Assembly: GCA_945865635.1 (NCBI GenBank)
Contig: CAMBEP010000032.1
Span: 16,021-40,020 of the forward strand
Reading direction: 5' to 3'
From: Candidatus Kuenenia stuttgartensis
GTDB taxonomy: Bacteria; Planctomycetota; Planctomycetia; Isosphaerales; Isosphaeraceae
DNA length: 24,000 nt
Of the stretch, positions 8,403 through 14,809 are shown one piece after another. The translations under genes were made by a program, and so were the position numbers. The first letter of the stretch is position 1; each line of letters begins with the position of its first letter. Under the pieces are notes generated by a model. That model was not told the origin of the DNA. It did no database searches and saw nothing but the letters and a program-made list of their open reading frames with translations.

Positions 8403-9443
8403 TTAATCGGCAGAGCCGTCGCAGCAACTTGTTCCGGGTGGTTTGGCCGTGTCACAAGATGAGACAGGTGCAGGTGATACAGATGAACGTCGTGGTGTCA
8501 GGCCAAGTGTGGCCAGCATGGCTGTATCGCGATCGACTGAGGGGTTTGGGGTGGTCAGCAGCTTGTCGCCCGCAAATATGGAATTGGCTCCGGCCAGAAA
8601 GCATAGGGCCTGCTCGGATTCAGGCATCTCCAGACGCCCGGCCGAGAGCCGTACCATGGCCGTGGGCATGATGATCCGCGCTGTGGCAATCATCCGCAGC
8701 ATGGACCAGACACTGACCTTGGGCGAGCCTTCCAGCGGCGTTCCTTCAATAGCCACAAGTGCATTGACTGGTACACTTTCTGGAGGTTCTGGCAAGTTGG
8801 CGAGTGTATTCAGCAGATCAATCCGGTCTTCATCGGTTTCGCCGAGGCCGAGAATCCCGCCACAACAGACCGATATCCCGGCGTTTCGGACAGCATCGAG
8901 CGTCCTCAACCGGTCATCATAGGTTCGGGTCTGGATCACTTGATCATAATGTGCGGCCGAAGTGTCCAGATTGTGGTTGTAAGCATAGAGCCCCGCCTGC
9001 TTCATCGCTGAGGCCTGCTCCGGGGTGACCATGCCGAGTGTGCAGCAGACTTCAAGCCCTTCGGCATTGACAGTGCGGATCATCTCCAGAACCTGGTCAA
9101 ACTGGGGCCCGCCTCGCACCTGACGCCATGCGGCCCCCATGCAGAAACGGGTCGCCCCCGAGGCCTTTGCACGCTGGGCAGCAATCAGGACATCGCTCAC
9201 CTGCATCAGGCCCTGGGAATCCACATTGGTCTGATATCGGGCCGCCTGAGAGCAGTAGGCACAATCCTCCGGGCAACCACCCGTCTTGATCGAAAGCAGC
9301 ACACAGACCTGAACATCGGTTGGATCATGATGGGCGCGATGCACCCCATTGGCCCGACCAATCAGCTCCAGAAGCGGCATGTGGTAGATGCTGGCAATCT
9401 CGGCACGATCAATTCGGCTTTGGCTTTGAGTCAAAACATTCAT
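8403..9443 (-). CDS. bioB: Biotin synthase
   Basis: Radical SAM motif GGCPEDCAYCSQAARYQT, FCMGAAWR, LDTSAAHYDQVIQTRTYDDRLRTL, GILGLGET. Start at ATG 9443. Confidence 0.96.
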   Translation of the reverse strand: MNVLTQSQSRIDRAEIASIYHMPLLELIGRANGVHRAHHDPTDVQVCVLLSIKTGGCPEDCAYCSQAARYQTNVDSQGLMQVSDVLIAAQRAKASGATRFCMGAAWRQVRGGPQFDQVLEMIRTVNAEGLEVCCTLGMVTPEQASAMKQAGLYAYNHNLDTSAAHYDQVIQTRTYDDRLRTLDAVRNAGISVCCGGILGLGETDEDRIDLLNTLANLPEPPESVPVNALVAIEGTPLEGSPKVSVWSMLRMIATARIIMPTAMVRLSAGRLEMPESEQALCFLAGANSIFAGDKLLTTPNPSVDRDTAMLATLGLTPRRSSVSPAPVSSCDTAKPPGTSCCDGSAD

Positions 9444-9516
9444 GACGTAAGGCAGTCTCGTTTTAGACGTTCCAGTGAGCGGGCGGTGTTGCAATCAGAA
9501 TCAGCCAGCCGGTCTC

Positions 9517-9687
9517 TCAACGACGGGAGGCTTTGCAGGCACCCCAAAGGGCACCAAATGTCAGGATTCCCCAGCCAGCATAGCCGTAAAATGGCTTGCC
9601 AGCGGCTTTTTCTTCAGTCTGCGCCTGGGCCACAGTCGGCAGGCCAAGCAGAACCACGGTCAGGCAGGTGCGGGCAATTCGGTTCAT
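9517..9687 (-). CDS. Small 56-aa membrane/secreted protein (not in supplied ORF track)
   Basis: Manual translation: MNRIARTCLTVVLLGLPTVAQAQTEEKAAGKPFYGYAGWGILTFGALWGACKASRR*. Signal peptide-like N-terminus, second hydrophobic segment, and an ATGA overlap with the stop of the upstream gene. Confidence 0.6.
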   Translation of the reverse strand: MNRIARTCLTVVLLGLPTVAQAQTEEKAAGKPFYGYAGWGILTFGALWGACKASRR

Positions 9688-10262
9688 CGGGGTCCTCTGA
9701 CTTTTCTTCTTGGCGATAATCCCGCCAATTTCGGTGCGGATGTTTCAGACATCGGAAGCCACTCATTGAGTGGCCGAACACGGGACCGGAACGCTTCACG
9801 GGCCATGGCTACCGCTTTCCAAGCCATCCCACGCGATCGCAAGTGAGCCACGTAATCATCCAGTGCCACCGCCCAGAATCGGTAGACCAAGCCCCGAAAC
9901 GGAAACCCGGTGTCCGAACTCTCAGGCAGCGGGTAATCCTGAGACTCTTCAGCATACACGAAAACCAGCGCCGCGACAAAGCCCGGTCCAAACATCTGTT
10001 GCCAACGCTCCAAGCCCGCAAGGTCGTCCGTCGTCACCCAGTTCTCCCACGGACGCTTTCCGGAAGCATCCTTGGCAAGCTTCCCCTTGACCTCAACAAC
10101 CAGGTTTTTACCCATCCGGGGGTAAACCAAAAAATCGGGATTCTTCAGGGAACCCTCATCACTGACAGGCCGTCGCCATTCGTCAACAGCAACACACGGA
10201 ACATTCAGGCTCCGAATGTTTGCTTCGAACGCCGCTTCATAAAGATTCCACCGTCTGGCCAT
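9684..10262 (-). CDS. HYExAFE-type protein with PD-(D/E)XK nuclease-like core
   Basis: MARRWNLYEAAFEANIR (cf. HYExAFE motif) and NPDFLVYPRMGKNLVVEVKGK (PD...ExK pattern), followed by LAGLERWQQMFG. Confidence 0.8.
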   Translation of the reverse strand: MARRWNLYEAAFEANIRSLNVPCVAVDEWRRPVSDEGSLKNPDFLVYPRMGKNLVVEVKGKLAKDASGKRPWENWVTTDDLAGLERWQQMFGPGFVAALVFVYAEESQDYPLPESSDTGFPFRGLVYRFWAVALDDYVAHLRSRGMAWKAVAMAREAFRSRVRPLNEWLPMSETSAPKLAGLSPRRKVRGPR

Positions 10263-10324
10263 CCCCGGTTTCCTCCAGCCCCTGAAAATCGTTCGATACA
10301 GCCAATCGTCTCTCGATGCGTCGC

Positions 10325-10828
10325 CTATTTTCGGCGCCGGGCTGCCCGGCGTGCCTCAAGAAATGTTTCGCCGAAACTCATGATCGATTCAGGGGTCTCA
10401 AACGACTGTTCAAAAACCCATGGAGTATCGTATTCGCAGTCGTCCGACTTATAGTCGCGGCATACCTGTGGACGTGTATCGTAAATCCCGCACCGGTTGT
10501 CAGGCAAGAGGTATTGGCAAAGTGTCCAGACAACCAGATTCCAGCGGGTCACCGATTTCCCGTTTTTTGTCTCGCTCTCTGTGAAAATCACCGTCTGGCC
10601 ATGCGCCAGATACCAGCGGAATTCATCGAAATCCGCCTTCGATCTGGGAGTTTTGATCGGAACTGTAAAATAGCGACAACACTTGCCCACACAGTGGTTG
10701 CAGGGCGAATCATCCGGCGTGATCTCATCGCGGTGCAACAAGCCGGCAGGCATGTGGTCGGGACGTAAAATTGGCAACGAGATATTCTTAAGCGATTCCA
10801 AAGTATCTACCGGATGATTTTTTGACAT
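10325..10828 (-). CDS. YkgJ family cysteine cluster protein
   Basis: CNHCVGKCCRYFTVPI ... LCQYLLPDNRCGIYDTRPQVCRDYKSDDCEY, a Cys-cluster pattern of the UPF0153/YkgJ type. Confidence 0.85.
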   Translation of the reverse strand: MSKNHPVDTLESLKNISLPILRPDHMPAGLLHRDEITPDDSPCNHCVGKCCRYFTVPIKTPRSKADFDEFRWYLAHGQTVIFTESETKNGKSVTRWNLVVWTLCQYLLPDNRCGIYDTRPQVCRDYKSDDCEYDTPWVFEQSFETPESIMSFGETFLEARRAARRRK

Positions 10829-11488
10829 CAGTATTCCAGACTTTTTTGGAAACGGCTCTTGAGGTTCCAGCCCCTCATGATGCGAAATAATTCAAATTTC
10901 ACCAAGTCCATTCTCGATTTCCCCAACGGTGAACTCGCCCACCGCCTCAAACAACCATCCGAAAACGAGCACTACTTTAGGAATCGCAACCCCGGATGTC
11001 TCTACTATCCATCCGACATGCGATGTTTGATTCCACCTCTCCCCCAAAAAAGAACGAATCCTTAGGATTCTTCCTCCTGACCCTGAATTCCGTTTCGCAA
11101 AACGCCAATTTCTTACACCTGCATAAAGACTTGTGTCATTCCAATGGTGTTCGCAAAATGCCTCGTCTCTGGACTATCGCCCCGTGCCACCACTCAACCT
11201 GCCCGTCACCACTAAAAACTCTCAAAACTGTTTCGCACTGTGCGCCTTTCTATTTATGTAGTAACAAGTTGTGGAATATTAAATCAGTCGCCATCTGGTA
11301 TACGCATGTATTCATTCTTTGTCGTTACAATCGATTTTATCTGCTTGATCGCCCAAGTCAGTGTTATGGCCTCAAGAACCTCACGGCAAGCCTGGCTCTG
11401 AAGAGATCGGTCTTGGGTTCAGAGGTTCGTAAAACCGGTTGTCGGTTGCACTGCCACCATGTTCGCAAAACTTATCAGGTAAAAGTAA

Positions 11489-11911
11489 TTATGGTGATCG
11501 TTGATCACTTGGGAACTGGTTCTGGGCGAATTCGCTGTATGTGTAGAAGAGTTCTTCGCCGGCGCTTTCGGCTCGGTTTGTGACCAGCCAGCCGCATGTG
11601 TCATCCAGATGGCGGTCGAGGTTGTAGCGATCATCGCTGTGATTGATCAGCCCTGCAAACCCCCTTGGAATCACTAGATAAGGCCCGACCCGAATTTTGT
11701 AAAGGTCAGCATAGGCGGTGCACTGGTCGGCGATCGATCCGGAGTGGATGGCCAGTCCTCGGATCATCAAGCGTTCGCCTGCTGCCAGCGGAATCTTCGC
11801 GAATAGGCCGAGACCAGCGCCCGGGATTGTGGAACGAGCGATTTGGAACCGCTCATCGATCTCATCAAATAAAACAGGTGGGGCCATGTGTAAATTCGGC
11901 TCGTGTCTCAA
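11489..11911 (-). CDS. SET domain-containing protein (putative protein-lysine methyltransferase)
   Basis: STIPGAGLGLFAKIPLAAGERLM, GLINHSDDRYNL, ESAGEELFYTYSEF match the SET motifs GxGLFA, NHS and GEEL.Y.Y. Confidence 0.85.
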   Translation of the reverse strand: MRHEPNLHMAPPVLFDEIDERFQIARSTIPGAGLGLFAKIPLAAGERLMIRGLAIHSGSIADQCTAYADLYKIRVGPYLVIPRGFAGLINHSDDRYNLDRHLDDTCGWLVTNRAESAGEELFYTYSEFAQNQFPSDQRSP

Positions 11912-11952
11912 AAAAGTGGGATGGGATCGCCTTAACTTTTGGCCGATGCGTG

Positions 11953-12453
11953 TTATATTTCGTAAAACTTATTCCAGTGGAGGCTTATGGCTTCCATGGC
12001 GATGATTTCATCGACAAATTCTGGCTGTTGGGCCATGAAGTTGAGAAACTTGCAAACGGTAGCAGATTGCGCTTCATCGAGCAGTCTGAATCGCTGCATG
12101 TCGTATTCAGATAAGACTTTGTCATCATCAGAAAGTTTCAGGCTGTAGATCGTAAAGTCGAGCATGATCGAATCGCTGTGCTGATAATTTCTCAAGGCCC
12201 AAATCATGTAGGCGGGCAGGTAGTATTTCCAGCTTTGGGGGTCGAGGTGGCAGAGGGCCGCCGTGCAATCTTCCAGAGCTTCGTCGGGGACTTGGTCCCA
12301 ACTCAATTCTTGGTCAAGGGATCGGGCTTTCTGCTGGGCTTCTTCGTTGGAGTCGCTGTCGATCACTTCTGCCTGGTGCAGAGTGAGTTCTCCTCTGGGG
12401 ACTCCGGCGAATGCCGATTCAATCGATTGAATGATTTCAACAGGTGCATCCAT
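11953..12453 (-). CDS. DUF6714-like hypothetical protein
   Basis: ATG at 12453 gives MDAPVEIIQSIESAFAGVPRGELTLHQAEVID...YYLPAYMIWALRNYQHSDS. The sequence upstream in the ORF is intergenic and contains a hairpin. Confidence 0.6.
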   Translation of the reverse strand: MDAPVEIIQSIESAFAGVPRGELTLHQAEVIDSDSNEEAQQKARSLDQELSWDQVPDEALEDCTAALCHLDPQSWKYYLPAYMIWALRNYQHSDSIMLDFTIYSLKLSDDDKVLSEYDMQRFRLLDEAQSATVCKFLNFMAQQPEFVDEIIAMEAISLHWNKFYEI

Positions 12454-12497
12454 GGATTCAAAGCCTTTGGGTTTTGTTCTGGCCGAAACGATGAAAT

Positions 12498-12528
12498 CAG
12501 GGTTCGGGTGGGCCACACCCGAACCCTG
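12498..12528 (-). terminator. Perfect 13-bp inverted repeat, candidate terminator or mRNA-end hairpin
   Basis: CAGGGTTCGGGTG-ggcca-CACCCGAACCCTG, located between the 12560..13927 stop and the 12453 start. There is no U-tract on the minus strand immediately after it; a TTTTTT lies a few nt away on the plus strand. Confidence 0.55.
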
Positions 12529-12559
12529 AGAGGATCTTTTTTGGATTCGACCGGAGGAA

Positions 12560-13927
12560 TTATCTGGCCGCAGCCTTGATATTCGGGATCTGCTGGAGAG
12601 CAGGCGGGACTTCTGACCGGTCGGACTCCGCAATTTGGGTGGAATAGTGGCACATCAGGCCATCGACTTCATAGGTCAGGTCGATCATCAGCACTTCCAC
12701 ACCCGTTTTTGGCTTGGTGCGATTGATGACTTGCTTGCCGTCCTTCTCTTCAATGGTGACGTCAACTTGCTCCCATTTCGACTTCCGGATGTCGCGATTT
12801 TTGGATGTCGCGACCCAAGCCTTGATAGAAACTGGCTTTGGGTTTGCAGAAACGGCGATGCCGTAAGTGGTCGTATTCGGCTTTTCAAGCAGTTCCCACG
12901 AGATTTCAGGCAGTTTTCGGCCGGTCACAGCCAAGCGATACAATCCGGAAACCGTGTTCAGGGCCCATTCACGATTCTTATCAAGTCCGTGGCCGGCGTT
13001 GGGCAGATAGCAAATGGTTTTAGGGCCTTTGAGGTCGCCGAAATAGAGCCGTGAGGCATCCTGGGTCCAGTAGGGGTCGTTGGTGCCGTGGATCAAGACT
13101 TTAGGAATCTTGGCCAGGTTGCCTTCACGGTAGGTGAATGGGTCGACCATTTTCCAGAGAACTTCGCCATCGGCCGTCTTGGAGGCCTGCATGATTCCGC
13201 GTTCGACATAATCGTGAATCTGTTCGCTGTATTTGCCCCAGACCTTCAGTTGATTGTCGCCCTGGGCGCCCAGATTGAGGGTGTCGATGACCATCGGTGC
13301 GATGGCGATCACGCGCGGGTCGGCAGCACCTGAAAGCCAGGTGGTCCAACCCCGCTTGCTGGCACCTGAGACGACGAATTGCTTGATTTCCGCCTTGTTG
13401 TTCTTCTTGGCCCACTCGGTGGTGGCGTCCATGGCCCGAACGGCGGATTTGGCCATCGGGAACAGCAGAGGCCAGGAGACATCCTTGGTATTGAGATACT
13501 GGATGAAGGTTTCCACGATCAGGGCATCTTCCTTGCGGTCGCCCATCAGTGGCTGGTTTGGCACATGGTTCAAAATGGCCACACGGGCTCGGGCGGCTTT
13601 GGCGATTGACATGGCGACGAGGCGGTCGCCGTCGCGTGGAGTGTCGCCAACGGAACCTCCACCGATAAAGAGAATGGCGGTTTCTGGATGGTCGATCACG
13701 CCTTCAGCAGGCTCGACAATCTCCAGGCGGTGCTTCCAGACGATGCCCTGCCACTTCTGGGAGTGCATTTTAAGCGTATGGATTTTGACCCCAAAGACGC
13801 TGGTTTCTTTTTCTTGTTCCCACTCGAACGAGGTATCGGCTTGTTTGATGTGGGCGTGCAGGTCAGCATGAGCCGATGTGGCGGCCAGGCTGGTCAGAAG
13901 CAAGGCCCAAAGGGTATGTTTGATCAT
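12560..13927 (-). CDS. PhoPQ-activated pathogenicity-related (PqaA-type) family protein, secreted alpha/beta-hydrolase-like
   Basis: Signal peptide MIKHTLWALLLTSLAATSAHA; FIGGGSVGDTPRDGD; VVSGASKRGWTTWLSGAADPRVIAIAPMVIDTLNL; LPNAGHGLD. Confidence 0.9.
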   Translation of the reverse strand: MIKHTLWALLLTSLAATSAHADLHAHIKQADTSFEWEQEKETSVFGVKIHTLKMHSQKWQGIVWKHRLEIVEPAEGVIDHPETAILFIGGGSVGDTPRDGDRLVAMSIAKAARARVAILNHVPNQPLMGDRKEDALIVETFIQYLNTKDVSWPLLFPMAKSAVRAMDATTEWAKKNNKAEIKQFVVSGASKRGWTTWLSGAADPRVIAIAPMVIDTLNLGAQGDNQLKVWGKYSEQIHDYVERGIMQASKTADGEVLWKMVDPFTYREGNLAKIPKVLIHGTNDPYWTQDASRLYFGDLKGPKTICYLPNAGHGLDKNREWALNTVSGLYRLAVTGRKLPEISWELLEKPNTTTYGIAVSANPKPVSIKAWVATSKNRDIRKSKWEQVDVTIEEKDGKQVINRTKPKTGVEVLMIDLTYEVDGLMCHYSTQIAESDRSEVPPALQQIPNIKAAAR

Positions 13928-14557
13928 CGGTTGCGGAACTCCAGATTTAAAGAGAGTGGAACGAGTTTCGCCTTCTTTAAGCCGGTCATTCGAAAAGGCG
14001 ATTGGAATGCTTACGGATTCTTATGGAGGAGGTGTGCTTTGAAGAGCAACTCTTATAGTGAACACGATTCGTAGATGGTTTGACTAGCCCCCTGTTTTGA
14101 TTCGTCTCAAAGAGTATTTTGGTTTACTTGCCCATACGGGTTGATCGGATGGTTTTGATCTGCCGGACTCGAAAGGTGTTAGGGAAGTCTAACAGCACAT
14201 CAGATAGCTCAATTTGGGATACGAGATCCTGGATTTTATACGTTCATATACTTTAGGCGATGACAATTGACTCATTGCCAAGGTTGAAAGCTTTTTAGGG
14301 TGCTTTGAAATTATGGGGAAATCGATGATGACATTGAAGTTCCAGACTCTCGAGGATGTGTCATTGCAGGCCGCGTTAAGTATAAACAAACAAAATTTTG
14401 GCTTGATCCGTGAATAAGCGTCTGGCAGTTCGGTTCAAAATGAGGAATCTTTAGGTAAATCAAAATTAAGACTTGCCTATTCATCAGCGGCGCAATAAAT
14501 TACCTTTTCTACCCATCTCACCCAGATTTTACGTCCATTGCTTCTGAAAGCGAGCCC

Positions 14558-14800
14558 ATGTTCAAGAGATTCTCGAAACTGAAGGTACAGGCCAGCAATT
14601 GCAAGTCAGTTGCAAGATATCGTAAAAATGATCATGTGCGTAAGCTGAGCTGGCTGATGCTTGAAGAGCGTCTCCAGATGGCGGCTTCAATCAACATTCC
14701 GATCAGCGATGGGCCACTGATTCAGGCCCCTGTGATTGAAAGTGTGAATGGTGTATTAAGTGCCAGCGTGGACATGGTTAGGGCGGGTCTTGCAGGTTAG
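14558..14800 (+). CDS. N-terminal signal/leader segment of the multicopper oxidase, ended by in-frame TAG
   Basis: 80 aa ending ...RKLSWLMLEERLQMAASINIPISDGPLIQAPVIESVNGVLSASVDMVRAGLAG*. Planctomycete LEERL-type leader, same frame as the 14810 ORF. Confidence 0.6.
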   Translation: MFKRFSKLKVQASNCKSVARYRKNDHVRKLSWLMLEERLQMAASINIPISDGPLIQAPVIESVNGVLSASVDMVRAGLAG

Positions 14801-14809
14801 GGCGAGTCG

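Noticed and set aside
9843-10454. 203-aa plus-strand ORF
   Set aside because: Antisense to the HYExAFE-type and YkgJ-like genes, and its composition is not protein-like.
10996-11583. 195-aa plus-strand ORF in the intergenic region
   Set aside because: Cys/His/Leu-rich translation typical of non-coding DNA, overlapping the SET gene on the other strand.
13254-13871. 205-aa plus-strand ORF
   Set aside because: Antisense shadow of the PqaA-type protein.
14558-14800. Pyrrolysine or selenocysteine recoding at the TAG in the oxidase
   Set aside because: TAG excludes selenocysteine (TGA). No pyl genes or structured element are visible, so mutation, sequencing error, readthrough or re-initiation are more likely.
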